From positions 2,272,001-2,336,000 of the forward strand of contig CAXXYH010000004.1 of assembly GCA_963677925.2 (NCBI GenBank): a stretch of DNA of 64,000 bases, given 5' to 3'. The stretch is from Spirochaetia bacterium (GTDB lineage Bacteria > Spirochaetota > Spirochaetia > UBA9216). Positions 48,050-58,263 of the stretch are shown piece after piece. How positions within the stretch are numbered: position 1 is the stretch's first letter; every line of letters starts with the position of its first letter. The position numbers and the translations under genes are program-made. The notes under the pieces are model-generated. The model saw nothing but the letters and a program-made list of their open reading frames with translations, was not told the origin of the DNA and did no database searches.

Positions 48050-50779
48050 CTACTGGTTAATCCCGCAGCAGTGTTTATATTTCTTTCCGCTGCCGCAGGG
48101 ACATGGATCGTTTCGACCCACTTTAGGAGTGCTTCTTTTTACCTGAGTTCCTCGAGGTGTTGCCTCCGCAGCTTCACCGCCTTGGGGTGAGCCTCCGCCT
48201 GCAAAAGCTCCAAGTTCAGCATGCTTTGTCTGGATATTCAGATCAGGCTTTCTTCTTTCATCACGATCATACCGCTTGATTCTTACCTTTATTGCCTTTC
48301 TGGCAATATTCAATTTTATATCCATGATCAGTTTGTCAAAGATATCAAAACCTTCAAGCTTGTATTCCAGAAGCGGATTTTTCTGTGCATAGGATCGAAG
48401 ATAAACTGCCTCACGAAGTGCTTCAAGATTTTCAAGGTGTTCCTGCCATTTGCTGTCTATACTTTTCAGGTATTCAAAACGGATAAACTGGTTGAAATTC
48501 TCTTTGCCGAGTTTTTCTTCTTTTTCCCTGATATCCTCGGTAATATAGTTCATGATTCTGCTTTGAAGCTCGGCCTCGGTGAGTGCCGCAAAATTTTCAT
48601 CACCGGGTTCATACATAAAGTTCAGCATTAAATCTTCATAAAACTGAGTAACAGCGCCCGGATTGTCTTTACCGCCGTTTCCACGGAAGGCATCAACTAA
48701 ATCCTCGGTTATTTCTTCAGCTGTGTCCAGAATCCTCCTGCTGAGATCTGCATTCTGGGTTATATCATCGCGCTGAGAGTATATGAACTTTCTCTGCTCA
48801 TTAAGAACATCGTCAAAGTCAAGAAGGTGCTTTCTGATCTCGAAGTTGCGGTCCTCAACCCTTGTCTGTGCTCGTTCAATAGCTCTGTTTATTAGAGGAT
48901 GGTAAAGCGGTTCACCGTCCTGCATGCCTGAACGGGCCATTATTGAACGCAGGCTGTCCCGGGCAAAGAGTCTCATCAGATCATCATCCAGACTAAGGAA
49001 GAATCTCGATTCACCTGGGTCTCCCTGACGTCCGGAACGTCCTCTGAGCTGGTTGTCTATACGCCTTGATTCATGACGTTCCGTACCAAGAATGTAAAGG
49101 CCGCCAAGATCTTTTACCTTTTGGTAGTCCTTCTTCCATTTTTCGTATTCTGTTTCATATGCTTTCTGGAAAACTTCTTCAGATGCATCAGTTCCTGCCT
49201 TTTTTCTGGCTCTGAATTCGGGGTTTCCGCCCAGTTTGATATCTGTACCACGGCCGGCCATGTTAGTCGCAATAGTTACGCTTCCTTCTGCACCGGCTTC
49301 GGCAATAATCATTGCCTCACGGGAATGGTTTTTAGCATTGAGTACTTCATGCCTCACACCGCGCTTCATAAGGAGTTTTGAAATCTTCTCTGATTTTTCG
49401 ATAGAAACAGTTCCTACAAGGATCGGCTGACCCTTTTCATTAACCCTGGCAATTTCATCACAGATTGCGTTGTTCTTTATTTCTTCGTTGAAATAGATAA
49501 CATCGTCATCATCATTTCTTGCAACAGGCCTGTTGGTAGGGATAACAACTACATCGAGTCCGTAGATACTGTTGAATTCCTTTGCTTCGGTATCTGCAGT
49601 ACCTGTCATTCCGGAAATCTTGTCATACATCCTGAAGAAGTTCTGAAAGGTTATTGTTGCAAGGGTACGGTTTCTTTTAGCAACCTTGATGTGCTCTTTG
49701 GCCTCAATTGCCTGATGAAGACCGTCGGAGTATCTTCGCCCATGAAGGATACGGCCGGTAAACTCATCGACAATCTGAACCTGACCGGCTTCAACGACAT
49801 AATCTACATCCTTTTTATAAAGGGTATGTGCTCTAACAGCCTGTGTTATATAGTGTATAAGTTCAAAATTTTCATCATTGTACAGAGAATCCTTGATAAC
49901 ACCGGCTTTCAGGAAAATCTTTTCAACATTGTTCAGCCCCTCTTCTGTGAAGGTGACTTTCTTCGATTTTTCCTCAAGCTTGTAATCTCCTACCGGCTCT
50001 TCAGGATATTCACCTGTTTCCGGATCTATATCGCATTCTTTAAGCTGATTAACGAAGGCGTTTACCTGGTTGAATTTCCCGGTATCATCATCAGCGGCAC
50101 CGGAAATAATAAGAGGAGTTCTAGCCTCATCAATAAGGATTGAGTCTATTTCGTCAATAATGCAGTAGTTATGCACCTTCTGAACACGTCCGTCAGAAGT
50201 CCACTTCATGTTATCACGAAGATAATCAAAGCCCAGTTCATTATTTGTTCCGTAAGTGATATCACACTCGTATGCCTTCTTTCTGGCTTCGGGGTCCATA
50301 TCGGAAAGGACAGCCCCCACTTTAACACCCAGAAGTTCATATATCGGTGTCATCCACAATGCATCTCGTCCAGCCAGGTAATCATTGACGGTAACGATAT
50401 GCACTCCTCTTCCTGTAAGGCTGTTGAGGTAGGCTGCTGCGACACTGGAGAGCGTTTTACCTTCACCGGTTTTCATCTCCATTATCTTTCCCTGATGAAG
50501 AACAATTCCGCCAAGCAGCTGTACATCATAGGGCCGTTCACCAAGGGCTCTTCTCGAGGCTTCTCTGGCAAGTGCATAGGCTTCAGGCAATATGGAATCA
50601 AGGCTTTCGCCGTTTTTTATTCTTGATTTAAAGGTTTCGGTCTGGGCGGGAAAGTCTTCGGACGGAATGCTTACAGCCCAGCTCTCTTTTTCATTAATTT
50701 TGTGCAGTATGGGCAGCAGTTCCTTCAGGTCGCGTTCATGCTTCGAGCCCACAATGGTAGTAAATATTTTTTTGAGCAT
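48050..50779 (-). CDS. secA: Preprotein translocase ATPase SecA
   Basis: [73 protein letters not shown]. Confidence 0.99.
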   Translation of the reverse strand: MLKKIFTTIVGSKHERDLKELLPILHKINEKESWAVSIPSEDFPAQTETFKSRIKNGESLDSILPEAYALAREASRRALGERPYDVQLLGGIVLHQGKIMEMKTGEGKTLSSVAAAYLNSLTGRGVHIVTVNDYLAGRDALWMTPIYELLGVKVGAVLSDMDPEARKKAYECDITYGTNNELGFDYLRDNMKWTSDGRVQKVHNYCIIDEIDSILIDEARTPLIISGAADDDTGKFNQVNAFVNQLKECDIDPETGEYPEEPVGDYKLEEKSKKVTFTEEGLNNVEKIFLKAGVIKDSLYNDENFELIHYITQAVRAHTLYKKDVDYVVEAGQVQIVDEFTGRILHGRRYSDGLHQAIEAKEHIKVAKRNRTLATITFQNFFRMYDKISGMTGTADTEAKEFNSIYGLDVVVIPTNRPVARNDDDDVIYFNEEIKNNAICDEIARVNEKGQPILVGTVSIEKSEKISKLLMKRGVRHEVLNAKNHSREAMIIAEAGAEGSVTIATNMAGRGTDIKLGGNPEFRARKKAGTDASEEVFQKAYETEYEKWKKDYQKVKDLGGLYILGTERHESRRIDNQLRGRSGRQGDPGESRFFLSLDDDLMRLFARDSLRSIMARSGMQDGEPLYHPLINRAIERAQTRVEDRNFEIRKHLLDFDDVLNEQRKFIYSQRDDITQNADLSRRILDTAEEITEDLVDAFRGNGGKDNPGAVTQFYEDLMLNFMYEPGDENFAALTEAELQSRIMNYITEDIREKEEKLGKENFNQFIRFEYLKSIDSKWQEHLENLEALREAVYLRSYAQKNPLLEYKLEGFDIFDKLIMDIKLNIARKAIKVRIKRYDRDERRKPDLNIQTKHAELGAFAGGGSPQGGEAAEATPRGTQVKRSTPKVGRNDPCPCGSGKKYKHCCGINQ

Positions 50780-50886
50780 CAGATATCTCCTAAACAATTG
50801 AATATAATATAATACTATTTTTTTTTATTGTATACATTAACGTGTTTTTTGGAGGTCTCTGACTAAAATCTCACAGAATTGACCCT

Positions 50887-50915
50887 TTGACTAAGAGGTT
50901 AACAGATAGTAGTAT
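50887..50915 (+). promoter_or_regulatory. Putative sigma70 promoter (leaderless geometry)
   Basis: TTGACT-N17-TAGTAT, ending 7 nt before ATG 50922. Confidence 0.6.
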
Positions 50916-50921
50916 CTTCCT

Positions 50922-52163
50922 ATGAAAATCAGACAGTTCTTACTATGCCTTGGGCTCTCACTGATGCTCGCAGGACTTGTATCATGCCGTGATGATGAAC
51001 TTGGTATTCTTGAACGGGAAAACCTTTTCAGTATGGATATCGGAAAGATGGAAGATCAGCTTTTCATTCAGCAGGAGGATGGAGTCAACGCCAGGGGCAG
51101 AATAAACCTCAGGATGAATGACGGCTTTTTCCAGATTTCAAACGGCGATTCTTTTAAGGTTATGGAATTTAATTCTTTCGGAGATCTGATTTCATTATTT
51201 TACAATCCATCTGAAAATCCGGAGCCTGTTATCATTTCCTCAGAAAAGCGGGCGGGAACCGATGTAACAAGAGGCGCTACAACCTATTCCTTTAATAACC
51301 CGGGTGATGTAATAAAGACATCTGGAGGTGATCTCCTTGTAGATGATCTTATTTCTGAAATGAGATGGGAAGATGACGAAAATATTGATGCCAGACTGGA
51401 TAGAATCGTATTGCGGTTTGACCGTAACGGTGACTTTGTGTCCTATCTTGGACAGGAGGGGCTTGGAGGCACTCCCTTTCCTTATATTCAGGCATTATAC
51501 ACCTCAGGGAATGATGAGGTCGTTGTTGTTACAAGGAACCCCGGCGGGTGGCGTATTTACTGGTTTACAAGAATGGGAGATCCGCTTTATATGGTTGATT
51601 TCAGAAATGAACTTCTTCCTTCTCCGGATGGTGAGCGGATAGTTTCCATCGAAAATATATTTCCTGATCCGGACAGCCGGATATGCTATCTGAAACTGGA
51701 TTATTACCTTAGGGATAAGGAAAATAACGATAATATTAAATTTGATAAATCTGTGATCTACTGGTACGATCTTGGTGAGCAGAAGTATACAGGAAGTGTT
51801 GATCTTCCGCGAAATATCGTTAAATCCGAGGAGCCTGTAATTTTTGAGGCAAGGGAACATGAGTATCTCTACGAATTCCTCGGAGTTGCCCACGGACCGT
51901 ATTTCTATCTGATGAGTCCTGATGAAGGAACCTTCTACCGCCTTGTTGTTCTGTCCCCGTCCGGACAGGTTGAAGGACGTGCGCTTATAAACTTCTCTGA
52001 TGAGGAAATTTTTTACCGCAGCTACAGTCTTAACCGTGACGGAATCCTCAGCGCAATTGTTGTCGGTGAGTACGGAGCTGATGTTGTCTGGTGGCGGAGC
52101 GACCGTTTTATAGAGGAAAAAGGTAATGAAAATCGTCAGTTCTTCAAGAATGCAGGAAATTGA
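50922..52163 (+). CDS. Spirochete lipoprotein (LIC_12708-like)
   Basis: Lipobox LVSC; KVMEFNSFGDLI and YLGQEGLGGTPFPYI motifs; family name from memory only. Confidence 0.7.
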   Translation: MKIRQFLLCLGLSLMLAGLVSCRDDELGILERENLFSMDIGKMEDQLFIQQEDGVNARGRINLRMNDGFFQISNGDSFKVMEFNSFGDLISLFYNPSENPEPVIISSEKRAGTDVTRGATTYSFNNPGDVIKTSGGDLLVDDLISEMRWEDDENIDARLDRIVLRFDRNGDFVSYLGQEGLGGTPFPYIQALYTSGNDEVVVVTRNPGGWRIYWFTRMGDPLYMVDFRNELLPSPDGERIVSIENIFPDPDSRICYLKLDYYLRDKENNDNIKFDKSVIYWYDLGEQKYTGSVDLPRNIVKSEEPVIFEAREHEYLYEFLGVAHGPYFYLMSPDEGTFYRLVVLSPSGQVEGRALINFSDEEIFYRSYSLNRDGILSAIVVGEYGADVVWWRSDRFIEEKGNENRQFFKNAGN

Positions 52164-53601
52164 CAGGGAGAGTATAAATGAATACGGTTTCGGTGATCTC
52201 ATTCTTATGGAGAATGCCGGAATAAAAATCCTTGAAGAATCCCTGAAGCTTCCTCAATTCACTCAAAATATTCCTGTAATCAGTATAGCCGGCAGCGGTA
52301 ATAACGGCGGGGATGCACTGGTAATTGCAAGGCATATCTTTTCTGAAAGACCAAACCCTGTAACTGTAATTTTAAAATCCGCCTCCGGAAGTCCTGCATT
52401 TGAGAAGCAGTATCAGATATGCATAAAACTCGGAATTGAAATTGTTGAATATCCTTCAGAGCAGGCAGATGCTCTGCTGTCGGAAAACTGTATAATCTTT
52501 GACGGACTGACCGGTACGGGGCTTAAGAGCGCTCTCCGCGAACCTGCGGCAGGTCTCTGCGGCAGGATCAATTCGTCACCGGGGACCGTTATTGCAATTG
52601 ATATTCCCTCCGGTATAGGTGAGGGATACTGCAGCTCATGGCCGGCAGTTAAAGCAGATCTTACAGTAACAGTCGGGCTGCCGAAACGTGCTCTCTATCT
52701 TCCTGTCTGCAGGACTTTCTGCGGAGAAATAAGAAGCGTCCAGATTGGTTTTCCTGAACAGGTAATTAATTCTGATATTCCCGATGAGGATGGTCTTCAT
52801 ATAAGCCTTTCTGATGAAAAAGATATTGAACGCCTGATGCCGGTGCTTAAGGCAGACTCATACAAGAACAGCAGGGGCCATCTTGCTGTTTTGGGCGGTT
52901 CTGAGGGAACTCTTGGTGCCGCCTCTCTATGTGCAGAAGCTGCCGCCAGAACCTCAGCAGGACTTGTGAGTCTTTTCATCGATGAACAGTATTACTCTGT
53001 GCTGGCTGCAAAGCATAACTCAGTCATGGTAAAAGTTCTCGATTCTGAAACTGCAGCGGATAGGGTGGCCTCATCGGCGGCCTCAGCTGTTGGTCCGGGC
53101 TGGGGGACGGGCGATGAACGCAAAAAACTGCTATTAGAGCTGCTTGGCATCGGCAGAGGCGTTCTGGATGCCGATGCTATTACAATACTGGCGAAGCTGA
53201 AAAAATCAGGTGAAAAGCTGCCTGACCTTGGAAATCGCTGGGTGCTGACTCCGCATCAGGGCGAATTCAAACGCTTGTTTCCGGAACTCAATCCGGAGTA
53301 TACATACGCCTCGGTTTCCGCTGCCGCCGCCGAACTGAACGCTGTTGTTCTGCTCAAGGGCCATGTGAGCATGATTGCATCGCCTGATGGAAGGATAACC
53401 GTGATAGACGGACTATTCCCGCAGCTAGGCACTGCCGGCAGCGGTGATCTTCTCTGCGGTATTATAGGAGGTTACTGCGCCTCGGGTATGAACTGCTATG
53501 ATGCAGCGGTACTCGGGGTTCTCGTACACCTGAGGGCAGGAAAACGCTGTGCCGCTGAGCACGAATGGTTCCCGGCTGATATGATTTTACAGTATATATA
53601 A
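52126..53601 (+). CDS. nnr: Bifunctional NAD(P)H-hydrate epimerase/dehydratase
   Basis: LMENAG, GSGNNGGD, AIDIPSG, VGPGWG, LDADA, LTPHQGEF, GTAGSGDLL. Confidence 0.94.
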   Translation: MKIVSSSRMQEIDRESINEYGFGDLILMENAGIKILEESLKLPQFTQNIPVISIAGSGNNGGDALVIARHIFSERPNPVTVILKSASGSPAFEKQYQICIKLGIEIVEYPSEQADALLSENCIIFDGLTGTGLKSALREPAAGLCGRINSSPGTVIAIDIPSGIGEGYCSSWPAVKADLTVTVGLPKRALYLPVCRTFCGEIRSVQIGFPEQVINSDIPDEDGLHISLSDEKDIERLMPVLKADSYKNSRGHLAVLGGSEGTLGAASLCAEAAARTSAGLVSLFIDEQYYSVLAAKHNSVMVKVLDSETAADRVASSAASAVGPGWGTGDERKKLLLELLGIGRGVLDADAITILAKLKKSGEKLPDLGNRWVLTPHQGEFKRLFPELNPEYTYASVSAAAAELNAVVLLKGHVSMIASPDGRITVIDGLFPQLGTAGSGDLLCGIIGGYCASGMNCYDAAVLGVLVHLRAGKRCAAEHEWFPADMILQYI

Positions 53602-53614
53602 GAGGAGTTTTATT

Positions 53615-54154
53615 ATGCCGTCAGAAAAAGGCCGAATGCCTGAAAGCCATACACCCGGTGAATTTCATTACCACTACGATCGTGAAAAAAGAGAACAGAT
53701 GCTTTCAGAGGAGACAAAGAAAGTTCTTAAGAAAGGCAAATTTCTTACTCTGAACAGGCGTAATCTTATTATCCTTGCGGATATTGGAATTATTATCCTT
53801 TTTACCATGATTTTTGTTCCTTTCAGCATGAACGGTAAAAAGAATGCAAGCTTTGACGGCGGGTACAGGGCTGTTTTTAAAGCAAGTGAATTCGACAGCC
53901 GTGCTCTTTTGAGTGTCAAAATCAGTTCAGAATCGGATATTGAAAGTCAGGACTCCATGGTCCGGGTTCTTTTTTCTATGGAAGGGCAGGATATGACTGT
54001 TGAGCAGCTTGATTTACTGCCTGTTTCTGCTGATGAACCGAGATATCTCAGGGCCGAATTCCCAATTGAGGGAGCCGACCGTATTAAGGTATTCGCAGAA
54101 GTTGAAATTGATGGAAAGTCCAGAAAACTCTCTTCTGCTGTAAGGGTTCAGTAG
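53615..54154 (+). CDS. Hypothetical single-TM protein
   Basis: SD AGAGGAG; FHYHYDREKR N-terminus, one TM. Confidence 0.75.
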   Translation: MPSEKGRMPESHTPGEFHYHYDREKREQMLSEETKKVLKKGKFLTLNRRNLIILADIGIIILFTMIFVPFSMNGKKNASFDGGYRAVFKASEFDSRALLSVKISSESDIESQDSMVRVLFSMEGQDMTVEQLDLLPVSADEPRYLRAEFPIEGADRIKVFAEVEIDGKSRKLSSAVRVQ

Positions 54155-54290
54155 CCAGCGAACGGGATAATCAACCCAAAATCCGGATATAATCGATACC
54201 CTTAATTTATTCCTGATTAATTGAGTTGACCAGAGACAGTGTTTAAGATAATCTTTTATATATACCATCTTTAAACGGAGAAAGAGGACT

Positions 54291-54692
54291 ATGGTTCAAA
54301 TTTATTTTCTGTCGATCTTACTGAATCTTCTTGGCGGTTTCGGACTTGCTTCCGAAACAATGGTTGAACGTATCAGCGGTCTGAGAATTTTTTCAGATTT
54401 CTTTGAAGGCAGAACTACCTTGAAGATAACCGTTGGTATACTTTCATTTATTGTCGGCATACTGAAACTTCTGTCTTCGATGGATGTTCCGGTAGCCGGA
54501 GACCTGCTTCCAGCTCTGGGCAATATAGCTGTGGGGTTCGCCCTTGTTCTCGATTACTATAAAGATCGCTCTGAATCCACCAGCAGTGAGAAGTTAAACG
54601 ATTTTTTTGCCAGAAACAGCTCTTTTATAGGAATAGCTGCCGTACTCTTCGGTGTTCTGCATTTCTTTATACCAAGGGTGCTTCTTCTGTAA
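54291..54692 (+). CDS. Hypothetical membrane protein (4 TM)
   Basis: SD AGAGGA; VAGDLLPA, GVLHFFIP; possible promoter TTGACC-N17-TAATCT at 54226-54254. Confidence 0.8.
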   Translation: MVQIYFLSILLNLLGGFGLASETMVERISGLRIFSDFFEGRTTLKITVGILSFIVGILKLLSSMDVPVAGDLLPALGNIAVGFALVLDYYKDRSESTSSEKLNDFFARNSSFIGIAAVLFGVLHFFIPRVLLL

Positions 54693-54705
54693 TTTGGACT
54701 CTTAC

Positions 54706-55086
54706 ATGAAATACTCTGTAGCCGGCGTAGCTGAACGCAATGGAAAATTTTTTATCGCACTTAGAAATCCAGGGACAAGTATAGGCGAGAGCTGGGAATT
54801 CCCGGGAGGCAAAATGGAGGAGGGGGAAAGTCATGAACAGGCCCTTATCCGTGAATACCGGGAGGAATTGGGAACCGATATTACTGTCGGAAGTTTCCTC
54901 TGCGAGGGCGATTTCTCAAACGGGGTATCTGAATACCATCTGGTCGCTTATAAAATAAAATTAAACGATGACAATATTGCACTGACCGAGCATCAGAAGG
55001 TTATGTGGGCGTCACTTGAACAGATGGAATCTCTCGATTTCCCTTTTTCCGATAAAATAATCATCGATTATCTTCTTTCAAGATAA
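54706..55086 (+). CDS. NUDIX hydrolase, MutT-like
   Basis: WEFPGGKMEEGESHEQALIREYREELG Nudix box. Confidence 0.92.
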   Translation: MKYSVAGVAERNGKFFIALRNPGTSIGESWEFPGGKMEEGESHEQALIREYREELGTDITVGSFLCEGDFSNGVSEYHLVAYKIKLNDDNIALTEHQKVMWASLEQMESLDFPFSDKIIIDYLLSR

Positions 55087-55988
55087 CTTATACGGTAATC
55101 ATTCCTTAATATAAACCCATTCTTCTCATAGAGTCTCACTGCCGGAGTGTTAGAGGGTTTTACAAATAATGTAAGATTCTTTTTCTTCATCGCTGAGAAT
55201 TCTGCTATCTTTCGCAGGACAGCAGACGAAACCCCCAGGGAGCGGTATTCAGGCATTGTAAAAACCCCTCCAAGCTGGTTCCAGTTTAATCCTGAAGCAT
55301 TTACACAGCATGTAGCAACAGGCCTGTTCTGATAAATACCGTAAAGTACTGTTTTTGTCTTTATTGTATCAAGAAATCTTATTCGGCATGCAGTTTCGTT
55401 AAAGGTAGACGGATCTAAAAGTACCTCTTCAATCTCATAATCTTTGCGCAGCGGCATCAGTAAATCAATATCAGAAGAAACAGCTGTTTTAATTATTATA
55501 TCCTGAAGCGGCAGTTCCCTGTTTCTTAGCTGAGGCAGAGCAGCAATCAGCGCGGAATCTGCAGTAAGCAGCTTATAATCAACAGAATGTGAATTTCTTC
55601 CTGTAAAAAGTTGAGTAAGCAGTCTGACCGATGAGAGTTCACCCATCAGTGTAAGATACTTCTTTCTGATGTTTTTACTTCCCTGAAGTACATTGGTCAG
55701 CTGACCGGATTCAGGGATAGTTCCTTCCGGAAAGAGAGGCACTATTATACTGTCATTTCCGGCAAATACTGCAGCCAGTGCTTGTGAATTACTGTAATAA
55801 ATAAATATCTCGGCATTCTTAAGTTCTCCTGCTGACGGTTTTCCTGCCAGGCTAATCCTTGATGTCATCGGTACACAGAAATGTTCATAGGGTGCAATAA
55901 AATGCAGAAAGGAGTTATAGCCGGCTTTTGAGAGTTTTTTCCAGCCGCTGATATTTTCATTCTTTTTGAAAGTGAATATTTCCTGCAA
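55068..55988 (-). CDS. GNAT family N-acetyltransferase
   Basis: GGVFTMPEYRSLG acetyl-CoA motif, NTPAVRLYEKNGF; TTG start abuts the GH3 stop. Confidence 0.85.
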   Translation of the reverse strand: MQEIFTFKKNENISGWKKLSKAGYNSFLHFIAPYEHFCVPMTSRISLAGKPSAGELKNAEIFIYYSNSQALAAVFAGNDSIIVPLFPEGTIPESGQLTNVLQGSKNIRKKYLTLMGELSSVRLLTQLFTGRNSHSVDYKLLTADSALIAALPQLRNRELPLQDIIIKTAVSSDIDLLMPLRKDYEIEEVLLDPSTFNETACRIRFLDTIKTKTVLYGIYQNRPVATCCVNASGLNWNQLGGVFTMPEYRSLGVSSAVLRKIAEFSAMKKKNLTLFVKPSNTPAVRLYEKNGFILRNDYRISYLERR

Positions 55989-57674
55989 TCAATTTTCTCC
56001 GTATGCATTCAGATTGAGCGGCAGATTTCCCTCAGGCTGAATTGTCCCTGTAAGCGCCGCAAAGCCGGCATCAATAGATTCACGGCTTATTCCATAAACT
56101 GCGATAGCCTTATCCACCCAGGGCAGTTCCCGGAGATACACAGGTGTAAGAACTGAAAAAACTGCAATCTCAGCCTTGCTGCTTTCAAGTTCCTTAAGTA
56201 CCTGAAAACTGTTGGGGTTGGCAAGACAGAAAATTACCGTATCATAATTGTCTGCTTTTTTCTTGATAGAGTTTCTTATTGAGGCTTCGGAAGTATAAAA
56301 AGGTGAATAATCGAAGCGGAAGGTATCAGCATCTGGATAAGCTTTTTTTCCCGAGGTAAAAAACCTGTCCAGCTGCCCGGCAAGTAGAATCTTTCTATTC
56401 TCTCCGTCTACAGTACTGTTCTTGTATATTTCTGTTACTGCACGGTATGCCTGGTCAGTAAAAAAATCCTTACCCTCATGATTAGGTATGTTATCAAGGA
56501 CATGATCGGGATCCGGAAATAGCGGTATAGAGCCCTCATCCTTAAGGTAGGCTAATTTTGTCGTGAGAATACGCTCTGCCGATGCCCTGACGGTATTGCG
56601 GAAATCCTCACTTCTCTTCATTTCTTTAATAAGGTAATCCCATACCTTCTGATGTATCTCGGGGGTACGTGATACAAGAATGATATCATTACCGGCCTCA
56701 ATTGCTGTTTTACAGATTTCAGGAGTATTCATTGAAAGCAGCTGCACCCCGTTCATCATAAGGTCATCTGTTACAACCAGGCCTTCAAAATTAAGTCTTT
56801 CCCGCAGAATATCATTAAGAAACAGGGGGGAAAGGCTTGCAGGTATTTCAGAACCGGTAATTTCGGGAAAAGCCAGATGCCCGGACATTATTGCAGGGAT
56901 ATTTTCTCTGACGAGGTAGCGGTAGGGAAGAAGATCCCTTTCCCACATGGTTTCAAAATTGATATTTATTATAGGAAGCGCTCCGTGCGAATCCTTGTCG
57001 GCATCACCATGACCGGGATAGTGTTTGGCTGTGCATATGACGCCTGCTGAATCCATTCCTTTAAAATAGGCAGTAGAAAGTACTGCGGTCAGAAGTGCAT
57101 CCTGGCTGAATGCTCTTGGTCCTATGACATGGGCTTCCGCATTGGAATAAACATCAACGGTAGGGGCAAAATTCATATTTATACCAAGCTCACGAAGCTC
57201 CATACCTATGTAATAACCTGTTTTAAAAGCATCATCCGGAATTCTGCTGGCGCCCAGAGCCATATTTCCTGGAGTTTCTGAGGTTTCAGCCCTCACGTGC
57301 CGAACCCATCCTCCTTCCTGATCCGTGACAATAAAAAGCGGAATTTGAAGTTCTGTTTTACGGGCTGTCTGCTGCATCTCCCTTATACTTCCGGCAAGAG
57401 TTTCAAGATCTGCAACATTCCATCCGAAAATCTTTACTCCGCCTATCTCACGGTTTTCAATCCAGTCAAGGATGTCGGAAGAGGGAGTGCCTCCCATATA
57501 CCCCAGAAGCATCATTTGTCCAAGCAGCTGTTCGTCAGTCATTGATTCAATAAGACGGCTTTGAAGTTCATCCTTATCTGTGTTGGTCCAGAAATCTATT
57601 GCTGAAACAGGAGTGTAAGCTGAAAACAGGGTTAGAAGTAAAAGTAGATAAAAAGTACATTTTTGCTGTAACAT
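55989..57674 (-). CDS. GH3 beta-N-acetylglucosaminidase (NagZ-like), exported
   Basis: Signal peptide, DQEGG, NFAP, KHYPGHGDADKDSH (NagZ DxH motif), VTDDL. Confidence 0.88.
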   Translation of the reverse strand: MLQQKCTFYLLLLLTLFSAYTPVSAIDFWTNTDKDELQSRLIESMTDEQLLGQMMLLGYMGGTPSSDILDWIENREIGGVKIFGWNVADLETLAGSIREMQQTARKTELQIPLFIVTDQEGGWVRHVRAETSETPGNMALGASRIPDDAFKTGYYIGMELRELGINMNFAPTVDVYSNAEAHVIGPRAFSQDALLTAVLSTAYFKGMDSAGVICTAKHYPGHGDADKDSHGALPIININFETMWERDLLPYRYLVRENIPAIMSGHLAFPEITGSEIPASLSPLFLNDILRERLNFEGLVVTDDLMMNGVQLLSMNTPEICKTAIEAGNDIILVSRTPEIHQKVWDYLIKEMKRSEDFRNTVRASAERILTTKLAYLKDEGSIPLFPDPDHVLDNIPNHEGKDFFTDQAYRAVTEIYKNSTVDGENRKILLAGQLDRFFTSGKKAYPDADTFRFDYSPFYTSEASIRNSIKKKADNYDTVIFCLANPNSFQVLKELESSKAEIAVFSVLTPVYLRELPWVDKAIAVYGISRESIDAGFAALTGTIQPEGNLPLNLNAYGEN

Positions 57675-57719
57675 AGGCTTCGATATTTATACACCAGAAG
57701 ACGTTGATCAGCAAGAGTT

Positions 57720-57748
57720 TTGACTGGTTACGGATTACTGAGTATATT
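57720..57748 (+). promoter_or_regulatory. Putative sigma70 promoter of the MDP-1 gene
   Basis: TTGACT-N17-TATATT. Confidence 0.55.
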
Positions 57749-57801
57749 GTCAGATAAATATCAGGCAAACTGAAAAATATTAAAGGAATATAATAAAGAA
57801 A

Positions 57802-58257
57802 ATGCTGTTTGTATTTGATCTTGATTTTACTTTATGGGATTGCGGAGGCACATGGTGTGACTGTACTGATCCTCCCTTTCGTGTTAAAAATGACTCTGTT
57901 CTGGACAGCTGTGAAAGACATATTTCCTTATACCCTGATGTCCGGTCTATTCTGGAAACTCTTACTGATGCAGGACATCATCTTGCTGCGGCTTCCCGAA
58001 CTCATGAACCTGCCTGGGCAGGGCAGCTTCTGAGGCTTCTGGAAGTTGAATCGTTTTTTAAATACCTGGAAATATTCCCCGGACCGAAGCTTCCGCATTT
58101 CAGGAACCTGAAGAAGAGAAGCGGGTTTGCCTATGAGCAGATGGTGTTCTTTGATGACGAGCAGCGAAATATTGATGATGTTAGTATGCTTGGAGTGCAG
58201 GCTGTCTATGTCGAAAGGGGCGTTCACTGGACTGATGTCGACCCCTTTCTAAAATAA
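57802..58257 (+). CDS. Magnesium-dependent phosphatase-1 (HAD IIIC)
   Basis: FDLDFTLW, AAASRT, IFPGPKLPHF, MVFFDDEQRN. Confidence 0.88.
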   Translation: MLFVFDLDFTLWDCGGTWCDCTDPPFRVKNDSVLDSCERHISLYPDVRSILETLTDAGHHLAAASRTHEPAWAGQLLRLLEVESFFKYLEIFPGPKLPHFRNLKKRSGFAYEQMVFFDDEQRNIDDVSMLGVQAVYVERGVHWTDVDPFLK

Positions 58258-58263
58258 TGTATT

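Noticed and set aside
51504-52202. 232-aa minus-strand ORF
   Set aside because: Antisense shadow of the lipoprotein gene
54171-54199. Weak sigma28-like TCAA...ATCGATAC
   Set aside because: Spacing is wrong (17 nt) and a sigma70-like promoter lies closer to the gene
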